DNA of 64,000 bases, from contig OY969934.1 of NCBI GenBank assembly GCA_963704725.1, positions 3,008,001-3,072,000 of the forward strand, written 5' to 3'. Source of the stretch: an uncultured Actinomycetes bacterium (lineage in GTDB: Bacteria; Actinomycetota; UBA4738; HRBIN12). Numbering within the stretch: position 1 is the stretch's first letter; the number at the start of each line of letters is the position of its first letter. Below are positions 33,956 through 43,923 of this stretch, one piece after another. The notes below the pieces were generated by a model. It was not told where the DNA came from. It did not search any database and was given only the letters and a program-made list of their open reading frames with translations. The translations under genes were made by a program, and so were the position numbers.

Positions 33956-34303
33956 CTACCTCGCGAAGGTCCGGAAGATCATCAGGACGACCAGGAACAG
34001 CGTGACCGCTCCCGCTAGGCCCATCATGAAGAACCGCGAGTAGGTCCGGCTGTCGAACCGCAGGTGCATGAACCACAGGACGACGAGCGAGAACTTGATC
34101 AGCGCGAACACGAACAGGAGCGGGATGAGCAGCCCGTGCTCGCGCACCCAGTCGACGTAGTAGATCGCGATCTCCGCCGCGGTGATGGCGCCGAGGACGA
34201 GCGCGATCCGGATGTACTCCCTCGGGCCGGGATGACGCGTGTGGCCCCGCGGGAGCGGCGCGACCGCCTCGACGGGCTCGACCCGGGTTCGCTCCGTCGC
34301 CAT
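33956..34303 (-). CDS. Cytochrome c oxidase subunit IV family protein
   Basis: KFSLVVLWFMHLRFD motif, 3 TM. Confidence 0.88.
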   Translation of the reverse strand: MATERTRVEPVEAVAPLPRGHTRHPGPREYIRIALVLGAITAAEIAIYYVDWVREHGLLIPLLFVFALIKFSLVVLWFMHLRFDSRTYSRFFMMGLAGAVTLFLVVLMIFRTFAR

Positions 34304-34932
34304 CAGCCCGGTCCGTTCCCCGTCGGGATCAGGTAGACGACCGTGAAGATGACGATCCACACGATGTCGACGAAGTGCCAGTACAGCCCGACGAGCTCGA
34401 CGGCCTGCGCGCGGTCGGGGCCGAGACGCCCGGCGAGCGAGAGCGACAGCAACGTGAGGAGCATGAGGATGCCCACCGCCACGTGCGTCCCGTGGAACCC
34501 GGTGAGGACGTAGAAGGAGGTCCCGAACACGTTCTGCTTGAGCGTCAGGCCCTCGCGGACGAACGACGTGAACTCGTAGACCTGCCCGCCGATGAACGTC
34601 ATCCCCAGCATCGCCGTCGCCAGGAGCCACACGCGCGAGCGCGCCACGTCACCCTTCTGGATCGCGGCCAGCGCCAGCACCATGGTGAGCGAGCTCGCCA
34701 GCAGGACGAAGGAGGAGACGGACGTGTACGGGATGTCGAAGACGTCGTTCGGGTAGGGCCCGGTGACGCTCGCGCCCCGGTAGAGCACATACGTCGAGAT
34801 GAGCGCGCCGAACAGGAGACAGTCCGACGCCAGGAACAGCCAGATGGCCAGCTTCGTGTTCGGCAGGCCCGTGCTCGTCGCGTGCTCCTCGACGACGGGG
34901 GGGCGGATCTCGGCGTGCTCGGCGGTGGCCAT
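34303..34932 (-). CDS. ctaE: Cytochrome c oxidase subunit III
   Basis: WLFLASD, LLASS, TGFHGTHV, GLYWHFVDIVW. Confidence 0.93.
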   Translation of the reverse strand: MATAEHAEIRPPVVEEHATSTGLPNTKLAIWLFLASDCLLFGALISTYVLYRGASVTGPYPNDVFDIPYTSVSSFVLLASSLTMVLALAAIQKGDVARSRVWLLATAMLGMTFIGGQVYEFTSFVREGLTLKQNVFGTSFYVLTGFHGTHVAVGILMLLTLLSLSLAGRLGPDRAQAVELVGLYWHFVDIVWIVIFTVVYLIPTGNGPG

Positions 34933-34939
34933 CAGGGGG

Positions 34940-36808
34940 TCACTCCGCGGAGGGCTCCAGGACCCAGCCGTAGAAGCCGGCGAGCAGGACGACGAGCCCC
35001 ACGCCCACGAGCGCCCAGTTGAAGATGAGCCCGTAGCCCACGATCGGCAGCCCCAGGGACGCGATCAGCGGGTAGTACGACGGACCGGGCAGGTGGATGG
35101 CGTGCCCCCCGTGCTCGCCCCCGTGATCGGCCTCGCCCGAGCCCCCCGCCGGCACCGGCACGACCCTGCCCCCGTGGGTCTCGGCGTACTTGCGGTGCCA
35201 GAGCTCGTCGAGGGAGTGCACCACCGGGATCTCGTCGAAGTTGTGCGCCGGCGGGGGTGACGAGGTCAGCCATTCGAGCGTGCGGGCGTCCCACGGGTCG
35301 GCCTCCATCTCCCGCGGCTTGCGGAAGCTCGAGACCGCGTTCACGAGGAACACGAGGACGCTGACGGCGATCAGGAACGCCCCGATGGTCGCCACGAGGT
35401 TCCAGAACGCGAGGCCGAGCGAGGCCGGGTAGCTCTGGATCCGCCGGGGCATGCCCTGGAGGCCGAGCACGTGCATCGGCCCGAACGTCATGTTGAAGCC
35501 GATCAGCATGATCCAGAAGTTCAGCTTGCCGAGGCGCTCGGAGAGCATCCGGCCGAACACCTTCGGCCACCAGTAGTACATGCCGCCGAACAGCCCGAAG
35601 ATCGCCCCGCCGAACAGCACGTAATGGAAGTGGGCGACGATGTAGTACGTGTCGGTCTGCTGGTAGTCGGCCGGCACCACAGCGTGCGAGACCCCGGACA
35701 GCCCGCCGATCACGAACATCGCGATGAAGCCGACGGCGAACAGCATGGGCGTGGCGAATCGGATGTCCCCGCGCCACATCGTGCCCATCCAGTTGAAGAT
35801 CTTCACCCCCGTGGGCACCGCGATGATCATCGTCGAGATCCCGAACGCCGTGTTCGCGATGGGCCCCAGCCCCACCGCGAACATGTGGTGGGCCCACACG
35901 CCGAAGCCGATGAACCCGATGGCGATCCCGCTGAACACGACGAACTGGTAGCCGAACAGCGGCTTGCGCGAGAACACCGGCAGGATCTCGGAGACGATGC
36001 CCATCGCCGGCAGGACGAGGATGTAGACCTCGGGGTGCGCGAACAGCCAGAACAGATGCTGCCACAGCACGGGCGAGCCCCCGGCCGCCGGGTCGAAGAA
36101 GTGCGTGCCGAACCGCCGGTCGAAGAAGAGCTCGACGAGCCCGATCGTCACGATCGGGAGCGAGAACGCGAGCAGCAGCTGGACGACGAGCCCCATCCAG
36201 ACGAACACCGGCAGCCGGAACAGCGTCATCCCGGGGGCGCGCATGTTCAGGATCGTGACGGCCAGGTTGATCGCCGAGACGGTGGACGCGATCCCCGCGA
36301 TCAGCAGGCCGAGCGCGTAGAAGGTCATCCCCCGCGTCGGATCGAGCACCGAGTTCGGCGGGTAGCCGAACCAGCCGCCGTTGGGGGCGCCGCCGAGGAA
36401 CCAGCTCGAGTAGATGAAGATGCCGGCCGCGAGGAACGCCCAGTAGCTGAAGGCGTTCAGCCTGGGGAAGGCCACGTCCCGGGCCCCGATCATGAGCGGG
36501 ATGAAGTAGTTGAAGAACGCGGCCGACAGCGGCATGACCACGAGGAACACCATCGTCACGCCGTGCATCGTGAACAGCTCGTTGAAGACCGCCGGCTTCA
36601 CGATGTTCTGGTCCGGCCGGGCGAGCTGCACGCGGATCAGGAGCGCCTCGGACCCGCCGACCAGGAAGAACATGAAGGACGTGACCCCGTAGAGGATCCC
36701 GATCTTCTTGTGATCCACCGTCGTGATCCACGACCAGAAGCCCGAGGTCGCCGAGGGGCGCCGGAGCAGGCCGCGGGGTCGGTCCACAGGAACGCTCACA
36801 CTCGCCAT
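34940..36808 (-). CDS. ctaD: Cytochrome c oxidase subunit I (A1 type)
   Basis: DHKKIG, TMHG, HPEVY, WAHHM, AHFHY, GMPRR. Confidence 0.96.
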   Translation of the reverse strand: MASVSVPVDRPRGLLRRPSATSGFWSWITTVDHKKIGILYGVTSFMFFLVGGSEALLIRVQLARPDQNIVKPAVFNELFTMHGVTMVFLVVMPLSAAFFNYFIPLMIGARDVAFPRLNAFSYWAFLAAGIFIYSSWFLGGAPNGGWFGYPPNSVLDPTRGMTFYALGLLIAGIASTVSAINLAVTILNMRAPGMTLFRLPVFVWMGLVVQLLLAFSLPIVTIGLVELFFDRRFGTHFFDPAAGGSPVLWQHLFWLFAHPEVYILVLPAMGIVSEILPVFSRKPLFGYQFVVFSGIAIGFIGFGVWAHHMFAVGLGPIANTAFGISTMIIAVPTGVKIFNWMGTMWRGDIRFATPMLFAVGFIAMFVIGGLSGVSHAVVPADYQQTDTYYIVAHFHYVLFGGAIFGLFGGMYYWWPKVFGRMLSERLGKLNFWIMLIGFNMTFGPMHVLGLQGMPRRIQSYPASLGLAFWNLVATIGAFLIAVSVLVFLVNAVSSFRKPREMEADPWDARTLEWLTSSPPPAHNFDEIPVVHSLDELWHRKYAETHGGRVVPVPAGGSGEADHGGEHGGHAIHLPGPSYYPLIASLGLPIVGYGLIFNWALVGVGLVVLLAGFYGWVLEPSAE

Positions 36809-36824
36809 GGCTCTCCCATCACCC

Positions 36825-37946
36825 TCATCGCAGCGTGTTCAGGAACGCGATCAGGTTGTCGATCTGGTCCGGGGTGAGCGCAGGGTTCAGCACCATCCAC
36901 GATCCCGCCTCCACTGCCTGCGGGTTCCGCAGCCAGCGCTCGAGGTTCGCGTCGTTCACGGGCATCGTGCAGCCCCGGAAGCATCCCCGGCTCATCAGGT
37001 GCGTGAGGTTCGGCGCGCTGTTGGATCCCACCACGTCCTTGCCGTTCTCGTCCTTCAGGCCGTTCACCGTATGGCACGCCGTGCACCGGCTGACGAAGAT
37101 CTGCGCTCCGTCCGCGGCGGGCCCGCCCGCCTCCGGCGTCGCGGCGGCGGCCTGCTGGTCCCGGACCCATTGCTCGAACTCCTGCGGCGTCTGGGCCACG
37201 ACCTGGAACTTCATGTACGCGTGCGAAAGGCCGCAGAACTCCTTGCACTGCCCGGTGTAGATGCCCGGCTGGTCGGCCTCGAGCCACAGGTGGTTCGTCT
37301 GGCCGGGCACGACGTCCTGCGTCCCCGCCAGCTCGGGCACCCAGAAGGAGTGGACGACGGCGTCCCCAACCGCAGCCTCCTGCGGCCCCTGCGGCGCGCC
37401 CGGCTGGCACTCGCTGGGCGAGGGCTGCTGCTGCTCCGGGGTCCCGGCCAGCCCGACGGCGCACAGGGTGAGGTACACGGGCCGGCCGGTCGGGATGTGC
37501 AGCTCGTTCGCCGTGGTGAAGTCCTGGTCGCGATAGCTGAACTCCCACCACCATTGGTGGCCGAGCACGTCGATCCGCATCGTCCCCGGGCTCGGGTCGC
37601 GGGCCAGGTCGAAGATCGTGGCCACCGTCGGGACGGCCACGCCGGCCAGGATCACCGCCGGCAGGATCGTCCACGCGATCTCGAGCCGCGTGTTGCCGTG
37701 AATCTGCGGCGGGATGCCCTCGCGCCCCTTGCGATGGCGATACCGGAAGACGAACACGAGCAGCATGCCCTCGACGAGCACGAAGACCCCGGCCGCGATC
37801 CAGAACACGGGGACGAACAGGTCGTAGGACTTGCGCGCGAACTCGCCCGCCGGCTTCAGGGAATCCTGCGTGGCGTTCGGAGCGCAGGCGGCGCCGACCG
37901 CGGCCAGGGCCACCAGGCCGACGGCCAGCAACGTCTTCCTTCGCAC
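36825..37946 (-). CDS. ctaC: Cytochrome c oxidase subunit II with C-terminal cytochrome c (caa3 type), lipoprotein
   Basis: Lipobox-like GAAC, HQWWW, HSFW, CKEFCGLSHAYM (CuA), CTACH. Confidence 0.92.
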   Translation of the reverse strand: MRRKTLLAVGLVALAAVGAACAPNATQDSLKPAGEFARKSYDLFVPVFWIAAGVFVLVEGMLLVFVFRYRHRKGREGIPPQIHGNTRLEIAWTILPAVILAGVAVPTVATIFDLARDPSPGTMRIDVLGHQWWWEFSYRDQDFTTANELHIPTGRPVYLTLCAVGLAGTPEQQQPSPSECQPGAPQGPQEAAVGDAVVHSFWVPELAGTQDVVPGQTNHLWLEADQPGIYTGQCKEFCGLSHAYMKFQVVAQTPQEFEQWVRDQQAAAATPEAGGPAADGAQIFVSRCTACHTVNGLKDENGKDVVGSNSAPNLTHLMSRGCFRGCTMPVNDANLERWLRNPQAVEAGSWMVLNPALTPDQIDNLIAFLNTLR

Positions 37947-38103
37947 CTTCCCCGGACCCCTCCGCGCCGATCTCAGCCGGGCAGGAAACCCGCGCACTGT
38001 AGCACCGTTCAACCGGACGCCCGGCCCGAGAGCCACCACCAGCTACCCGTACCACTCGCGCGGGGCGACCAACCATCGGCGAAGCGTGGATGTCGACGGC
38101 GGA

Positions 38104-38841
38104 TCAGATCGGCGGGTTGAAGTCGCTGATGGCGCGCAGGACCGGACCGAGCAGGCGGGTCCAAAGGTCGGTCACGACCAGGACCCCGATCGCGATCATG
38201 ACGACGCCCGAGACTCCGGCGAACCAGTGGTAGTTGCGTTTCACGAACGACAGCGCCCCCATGAGACGCCGTAGGCCGAGCCCCACGAGCAGGAACGGGA
38301 GCCCCAGCCCGGCCGAGTAGGCCAGCAGGAGCAGGGCGCCTCGGAGCGAGCCCCCCTGCGCGGCCGCGATCGTCAGGACCCCAGCCAGGACGGGACCGAT
38401 GCACGGCGTCCACCCGGCCCCGAACGCGACGCCGAGCGGGAACGCCCAGACCGGCCCCGGGCGGACCCGCTGCAGCAGCGGCCTCCGCTCCGTGAACAGG
38501 GAGGGCGAGCCGAGGCGCAGCGCGTACAGGAGCATCAGCACGCCGAACGCGATGATGACCGCCCCGGAGATCCGGACGCCGGCGGACGACTTGAGGATGC
38601 GGGTCATCGCGCCGGTGAAGGCGCCGAGCGCGGTGAACACCGCGGCGAAGCCTCCGATGAACAGGAGGATGGGCACCGTGGGCCGGCGCACCTGCTGCGC
38701 CTCGCCGCCCGCCACGAAGGACAGATATCCGGGGACGAGCGGGAAGACGCAGGGCGAGGCGAACGAGACGACCCCCGCCGCGAACGCCAGCAGCGGCGCC
38801 CACCACGAGGCCAGACCCTCCTGGACGAAACCCGCCAGCAC
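38104..38841 (-). CDS. ccdA: Cytochrome c biogenesis protein CcdA
   Basis: SFASPCVFPLVPGYLS, GWTPCIGP; TAGACT -10 just upstream (leaderless-like). Confidence 0.93.
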   Translation of the reverse strand: MLAGFVQEGLASWWAPLLAFAAGVVSFASPCVFPLVPGYLSFVAGGEAQQVRRPTVPILLFIGGFAAVFTALGAFTGAMTRILKSSAGVRISGAVIIAFGVLMLLYALRLGSPSLFTERRPLLQRVRPGPVWAFPLGVAFGAGWTPCIGPVLAGVLTIAAAQGGSLRGALLLLAYSAGLGLPFLLVGLGLRRLMGALSFVKRNYHWFAGVSGVVMIAIGVLVVTDLWTRLLGPVLRAISDFNPPI

Positions 38842-38932
38842 GGCGGCAGTCTAGGGTCGGGCGTGCGTCGGGACGGATCGGCGTCCGGGGTTGCGGTGAT
38901 CGCCGCACCTTGCGATAGTGGGCGCTTCTTGC

Positions 38933-38950
38933 TTGTGAAGGTTTTCACGA
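38933..38950. promoter_or_regulatory. Rex operator in ccdA / Rieske-cyt b divergent region
   Basis: TTGTGAAGGTTTTCACGA, 1 mismatch to consensus; TAGAAT at 38998-39003. Confidence 0.72.
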
Positions 38951-39067
38951 GCCGGAGCGGCGGGTACGCCGTCCTCGGGGCCAACGAGGTCGGTGTGTAG
39001 AATCCGGCGGCGAGAACGGGGCGACGACGAACCAGGGAGCTGCGATCCGCGACATGGTGGGGTTCGC

Positions 39068-39418
39068 GTGAGGGTTCCGCAGGGGCTCGTGAAGCTGAAG
39101 GAGCGGGCCGAGCCGATCGTCAAGGGCTTCGAGTGGACCTGGACGAAGGCCGTGGTGTTCTCGGTCGGGTTCGCCTTCTTCTGTGTGATCTCGATGGCCG
39201 TGATCCCCTCGTTCTGGCTGTACTTCGCGGAGCAGAAGCTCGGCTGGGGGGGCCTGTCGGGGACCTCGAACTGGCGCCCGCTCGCCCGCGACTTCATCGC
39301 CGCCAACCTGGCGACGGGCCCGTTCGTGACCGTCGTGGTGATCGCGGCGATCATGCAGAACTGGCGCCGGAAGCTCCGGGGGGCCTCCGCGGATCGACCG
39401 ACCGGCGGATACCGGTGA
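39068..39418 (+). CDS. Hypothetical 2-TM membrane protein, first gene of Rieske/cyt b operon
   Basis: Strong GC3 bias, two hydrophobic segments; start 39068 or 39089. Confidence 0.7.
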   Translation: MRVPQGLVKLKERAEPIVKGFEWTWTKAVVFSVGFAFFCVISMAVIPSFWLYFAEQKLGWGGLSGTSNWRPLARDFIAANLATGPFVTVVVIAAIMQNWRRKLRGASADRPTGGYR

Positions 39419-39438
39419 GGCTCGGGGTGGGGGTGTAG

Positions 39439-39837
39439 ATGCCGTTCACGAAGACCGAGGTGGACGTCCACACCGACTACGTGGTCGAGGCCGTGGACCC
39501 GTCGTGGCTGGCCAAGGGCGTGAAGTCGCCCAAGCACCTCATGCTCGACCCCGACAACTGCATCCTGTGCCGCGCGTGCGAGGACGTCTGCCCCTGGAAC
39601 TGCATCTACATGATGTCCACGGGCATCGTCCGGGACGCGGCGGACGACGCCGTGGAGGCGGAGATCGACCAGGCCTACTCGGTGTTCGTCGTCGACGACA
39701 ACGCCTGCACGCGGTGCTCGGTGTGCGTGGACCGATGCCCCACCGACACGCTGTACTATGCGCGGCTGCCCGAGGCCTCGGGCGGGCAGCGCACGATGGC
39801 GGCCGTTCCCGAGTCGCAACGGGCCGAGGCCGAGTAG
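39439..39837 (+). CDS. 2x[4Fe-4S] dicluster ferredoxin
   Basis: [12 protein letters not shown] and [12 protein letters not shown]. Confidence 0.92.
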   Translation: MPFTKTEVDVHTDYVVEAVDPSWLAKGVKSPKHLMLDPDNCILCRACEDVCPWNCIYMMSTGIVRDAADDAVEAEIDQAYSVFVVDDNACTRCSVCVDRCPTDTLYYARLPEASGGQRTMAAVPESQRAEAE

Positions 39838-39863
39838 CGGCCGGGACAAGGAGAAGGAGTCGG

Positions 39864-40634
39864 GTGAAGCTCAAGCCGCCCTCGCCCAGCGAGGTGCTGG
39901 ACCGGGTCCGCGAGACCGAGGCCTGGAAGTCGATCTTCCGGCCCGGCTCGATCTTCCGCAAGGGCTACAAGGACACGTCGCGCGACCGTGCGCTCGCGAC
40001 GATGAACAACGTCCTGTACCACCTGCACCCGGTCAAGATGAAGCGGCACGGGCTGAAGCTGACCTACACGTTCTGCCTGGGCGGCCTGTCCTTCTTCCTG
40101 TTCATCCTGCTCACGGTCACGGGCATCTTCCTCATGTTCTTCTACCGGCCGGCTGCCGAGCTCGGCGCCGCGCAGGCCTACTCGGACATGCAGAACATCC
40201 GGACGTCGGTCTTCTTCGGCGACCTGGTACGCAACCTGCATCGGTGGGGAGCGCACCTCATGGTGCTCAGCGTCACGCTGCACATGGCCCGCGTGTTCTA
40301 CACCGGGTCGTACAAGCCGCCTCGGGAGTTCAACTGGGTGGTCGGGGTCGTGCTCCTGTTCCTCACGCTCGGCCTCTCGTTCACCGGCTACCTGCTCCCG
40401 TGGGACCAGCTCGCGATCTGGGCCGTCACCGTGGGGACCTCGCTCGCCGGCTACTCCCCCCTCATCGCCAAGCAGGCGAACTTCCTTCTGCTGGGCGGGG
40501 TGGTGGTGGGACCGGACACGCTCTTACGGTGGTACGTCTTGCACGTGTTGGCCTTACCGTTCGTCCTGGTGATCTTCCTCGCCGTGCACTTCTGGAGGAT
40601 CCGCAAGGACGGCGGCATCTCGGGACCGCTGTAA
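39864..40634 (+). CDS. petB: Cytochrome b N-terminal part (cytochrome b6-like)
   Basis: [40 protein letters not shown]; AAGGAG RBS. Confidence 0.92.
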   Translation: MKLKPPSPSEVLDRVRETEAWKSIFRPGSIFRKGYKDTSRDRALATMNNVLYHLHPVKMKRHGLKLTYTFCLGGLSFFLFILLTVTGIFLMFFYRPAAELGAAQAYSDMQNIRTSVFFGDLVRNLHRWGAHLMVLSVTLHMARVFYTGSYKPPREFNWVVGVVLLFLTLGLSFTGYLLPWDQLAIWAVTVGTSLAGYSPLIAKQANFLLLGGVVVGPDTLLRWYVLHVLALPFVLVIFLAVHFWRIRKDGGISGPL

Positions 40635-40643
40635 GAGGGGGAC

Positions 40644-41561
40644 ATGGCTCGCGAAGACACGCCGCTGGACCAGGAGACCTTCGACCGGGTCCTGGCCGAG
40701 GAGCTGGGCAAGGGCACCGACCGACGCGTGGCGGAGGGGCGGGCTCGGTCGGCTGCGGTTCGGGCGTTGAAGGCTAAGGAAGGTGGCGGCTCTCCCACAG
40801 CCGCTCCGGCCGCCGCAACGCCGGCTCCGACCGCGCCGGCAGCCGGAGATGGTGGCGCGGCTTCGGGCGGCGCGGAGTCGCCGGCTCCTGCGGCGGCCTC
40901 CGCTCCGGTGGGCCCACCCACGCCCGTACCGGCGGCGGTCGCTCCGGCGGCGGCTGCGGCTGCTCCGGCGCCCGTCGCTGCAGGCGGAGCAACCGCCACG
41001 ATCGCGCCGGCTCGGCAGGCGCCGGCGCCGACGGGGAACGTGCCGGAGGCGAAGAAGGGGGCGCAGGAGAAGCACCGGCTCCTGGCCTTGGTGCCGCCGG
41101 AGGGGATCCAGCGGGTCGAGCGGGAGCAGGGGGACCGGATCAACGTGTGGCCCCACCTGCTGATCGAGGAGTTCGTGGCGATGTTGCTCGTGCTCGTCGC
41201 GCTCGTGATCTTCTCGACGTTCATCAACGCGCCGCTGCGCGAGCTGGCCAACCCCAACCTGACGCCGAACCCGTCGAAGGCGCCCTGGTACTTCCTGGGG
41301 CTCCAGGAGCTGCTGCGCTACTTCCACCCCATGATCGCGGGGGTGCTGTTCGCTCCGACCCTGGTGCTGCTCGCGCTGGCCGTCGTGCCGTATCTCGACC
41401 GCAACCCCAGCACGCGCCCGGGTGATCGCAAGATCGCGATCACGCTGTTCACGATGCTGATGATGTTCGGCGCGACGCTGACGATCATCGGGTCGTTCTT
41501 CCGCGGCACCGGCTACAACTGGGTGTGGCCGTGGGCGCAGGGGGTGTTCTTCGAGCTGTGA
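40644..41561 (+). CDS. petD: Cytochrome b C-terminal part (subunit IV-like) with N-terminal ~40-aa module and Ala/Pro linker
   Basis: [28 protein letters not shown] (PEWY equivalent), PYLDRNP. Confidence 0.88.
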   Translation: MAREDTPLDQETFDRVLAEELGKGTDRRVAEGRARSAAVRALKAKEGGGSPTAAPAAATPAPTAPAAGDGGAASGGAESPAPAAASAPVGPPTPVPAAVAPAAAAAAPAPVAAGGATATIAPARQAPAPTGNVPEAKKGAQEKHRLLALVPPEGIQRVEREQGDRINVWPHLLIEEFVAMLLVLVALVIFSTFINAPLRELANPNLTPNPSKAPWYFLGLQELLRYFHPMIAGVLFAPTLVLLALAVVPYLDRNPSTRPGDRKIAITLFTMLMMFGATLTIIGSFFRGTGYNWVWPWAQGVFFEL

Positions 41562-42295
41562 CCGGCGTCCTGGCCATCTCGAGCGGCACCGTCGCGGCGA
41601 TCGTCGTGATCGTGATCTTGGACCTGTTCGCCATCCTCTTCGGGCTGTCCTTCGTCCGCGCCCGCCGCGAGCAGCGCGCCGCCGAGGCCGCGGCCACCGC
41701 GGCCGCGCTGGGACGACCCGCCCCCAAGGCGGCGAAGCCGACGAGCCGGCGCGAGTTCTTCCGGAGGTCGCTCGTGGCGTCCCTCCTGATCTACGGGGCG
41801 CAGTTCGGCGGGGCGACGCTCGCGTTCCTGTGGCCGAGCCTGAAGGGCGGGTTCGGCTCCGTGATCAACGCCGGCAAGGTCGCCGACATCAAGTCGGAGA
41901 TCGACAGCTCGCACCAGCCCTTCTACTCGGGCATCGGACGCTTCTACATCGTCGAGTACGCCGGGCGGCCGAGCGGCGACGTCGACTACGAGGCGGAGGG
42001 ACTCTCGGTCCAGGGCGTCATGCCGCTGTACCAGCGGTGCGTCCACCTGGGCTGCCGGGTCCCGTACTGCGAGCAGTCGCAGTGGTTCGAGTGTCCCTGC
42101 CACGGATCGAAGTACAACACCGCCGGGGAGTACAAGCTCGGGCCGGCGCCCCGGGGCATGGACCGCTTCCACGTCGAGGTCACCTCGGCCGGCGACGTCA
42201 TGGTCGACACGTCGGAGGTCGTCCTCGGCCCGCCGCGCGGGACCGACACGCTCCACCGTCCCCAGGCCGGCCCCTTCTGCGTGGCGCCGGGATGA
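41558..42295 (+). CDS. petC: Rieske 2Fe-2S subunit
   Basis: CVHLGC and CPCHGSKY; SRREFF Tat motif after an N-terminal TM. Confidence 0.93.
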   Translation: MTGVLAISSGTVAAIVVIVILDLFAILFGLSFVRARREQRAAEAAATAAALGRPAPKAAKPTSRREFFRRSLVASLLIYGAQFGGATLAFLWPSLKGGFGSVINAGKVADIKSEIDSSHQPFYSGIGRFYIVEYAGRPSGDVDYEAEGLSVQGVMPLYQRCVHLGCRVPYCEQSQWFECPCHGSKYNTAGEYKLGPAPRGMDRFHVEVTSAGDVMVDTSEVVLGPPRGTDTLHRPQAGPFCVAPG

Positions 42296-43047
42296 TGCTG
42301 GCGCTGTCGCAGGCACAGGGCGTCATCCTCGCGATCGGCGGGGCGATCTTCCTCGGCATCGCGGGCGGCGTGCTGGTCCTGCGGGGCCGGCGTCAAGCCG
42401 CCGCCGCGGCCCTCGACATCCCCCGCGGGATGCGGCCGGGCCCCTCCGACGCGGACCTGGAGACGCCGCTCTTGCTGAAGTTGCAGAGCTGGGGCGTCGT
42501 GCTCGTCGTCTTCCTCGTGGTGTGGGTGCCGGCGACGTGGCTCTTCGAGCCCGACCGGAACCTCGGCCAGGAGCGCGCGCTCAAGTCCGACTCGATCGCC
42601 CGGGGCAGCCACGGCGTCCAGCTCTTCAGCGAGGAGAACCAGACCGGCATCGGCTGCGTCCGCTGTCACGGACCCGAGCTGACGGGCTCGGTCATCCCCG
42701 ACACCCGGCAGGACCCGGCCGTCCCCTTCGTGACGCCGAACCTGACGACGGTGTGCGGCGGTCCGTTCACGGGACACCCGGCCATCTACGGGCTGAACGA
42801 CATCTACACGACGATCGAGCAGGGGCGGAGCCTCATGCCGTCGTGGAGCATCCGGTTCGCCGGAGCGCTCGACGATCAGCAGATCAACGACATCGTGAAC
42901 TACATCGTGAGCATCCAGGACGAGACCGTCGTCACGAACGACCACAACGTCTGCACGAACCCGGACGCCCAGCAGGCCGCGGTGGATCAGTTCCTGGGCG
43001 GCGACCTCAGCAAGAAGCCGAACCCGACGTCGAACGTGGAGCTGTGA
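42292..43047 (+). CDS. Membrane-anchored monoheme cytochrome c
   Basis: Two TM, CVRCH, distal [18 protein letters not shown]. Confidence 0.88.
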   Translation: MMLALSQAQGVILAIGGAIFLGIAGGVLVLRGRRQAAAAALDIPRGMRPGPSDADLETPLLLKLQSWGVVLVVFLVVWVPATWLFEPDRNLGQERALKSDSIARGSHGVQLFSEENQTGIGCVRCHGPELTGSVIPDTRQDPAVPFVTPNLTTVCGGPFTGHPAIYGLNDIYTTIEQGRSLMPSWSIRFAGALDDQQINDIVNYIVSIQDETVVTNDHNVCTNPDAQQAAVDQFLGGDLSKKPNPTSNVEL

Positions 43048-43793
43048 TGCTGGCTGCGTCGTGCGTCGGGTTCGAGATCCCCTGCGAGACCCTCCTCAAG
43101 GGCGGGCTGGCGGTCGTGATGGGGTTCGTCCTGTTCGTCGGCAGCGTGATGCTGCTGCTCTCGGCCGTGTTCGGCCGGAAGATGGCGTATCTCGTCGTGG
43201 CCGTGGCGTTCTTCGGGTGGATGACCATCATGTCGACGATCTGGCTCACCGGGTTCTTCATCTCGCAAGGCCCGACGACGCCTCGGAACCTCGGCCCCCG
43301 GGGGACCGACCCCACGTGGGTGGTCGAGTCGCTCGGGACGAACCCCGAACCCGTCTACGACCAGTACTCCAGCTACCCGGACGGCGACGCCTGGCGGATA
43401 CCCGGCGACAACGAGAACGACAGCTCGTCGGTGCAGTCGGTGACGTCGGCGGCGCAGGCGTTCCTCGTGGAGAAGGGGAACGAGGAGCTCGGCGTGGGCG
43501 AGTTCGACCCGGACGCGCTGGCGACGACCGACTTCACCATCGACCGGATCGAGTTCGCCACGGCGGGGGGCGTGTCGCTGGCCGCGGCGCAGGGGTACTT
43601 CACCGGGGGAGGCCCCAGGGTCACGCTCTACATGCGCCACGACTCCGGCAGCGTGCCCCGGTACTCGTGGATGTTCCTGATCGGCTCGGTGTTCGGGCTC
43701 GCGGTCCACATCCCGTTCCTGGACCGGGCCGAGCGCTCGCGCAAGGAGATCCTGACGGGCGGGACGGCCCCGCCGTGGTACGGACCCGCCTAG
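43047..43793 (+). CDS. Hypothetical membrane protein of the Rieske/cyt b operon
   Basis: TGATG coupling; 2 N-terminal TM, acidic soluble domain, C-terminal TM. Confidence 0.78.
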   Translation: MLAASCVGFEIPCETLLKGGLAVVMGFVLFVGSVMLLLSAVFGRKMAYLVVAVAFFGWMTIMSTIWLTGFFISQGPTTPRNLGPRGTDPTWVVESLGTNPEPVYDQYSSYPDGDAWRIPGDNENDSSSVQSVTSAAQAFLVEKGNEELGVGEFDPDALATTDFTIDRIEFATAGGVSLAAAQGYFTGGGPRVTLYMRHDSGSVPRYSWMFLIGSVFGLAVHIPFLDRAERSRKEILTGGTAPPWYGPA

Positions 43794-43807
43794 GAGGACT
43801 CACACAG

Positions 43808-43918
43808 ATGCTGGCTCAGGAAGCTCGGCTGCTCGACCAGGGCGCGGTGCAGTTCGTGATCTTCGGGATCATGGTCGTGGTGATCTTCATCGCGCTCTGG
43901 TTCACGATCGCCAAGTAG
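43808..43918 (+). CDS. 36-aa single-TM small protein
   Basis: AGGAGG at 43792-43797; MLAQEARLLDQGAVQFVIFGIMVVVIFIALWFTIAK. Confidence 0.7.
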   Translation: MLAQEARLLDQGAVQFVIFGIMVVVIFIALWFTIAK

Positions 43919-43923
43919 CGCCT

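Noticed and set aside
29871-34043. 1390-aa ORF and other very long alternative-frame ORFs (e.g. 4751-7780, 4396-6984, 60443-62662)
   Set aside because: Arg/Pro/Gly-rich shadow frames of high-GC genes that overlap well-supported CDSs
32181-34076. Apparent 631-aa CtaG-cupredoxin natural fusion
   Set aside because: Explained by a single-base insertion; the junction peptide is out-of-frame CtaG, and the corrected stop overlaps the cupredoxin ATG
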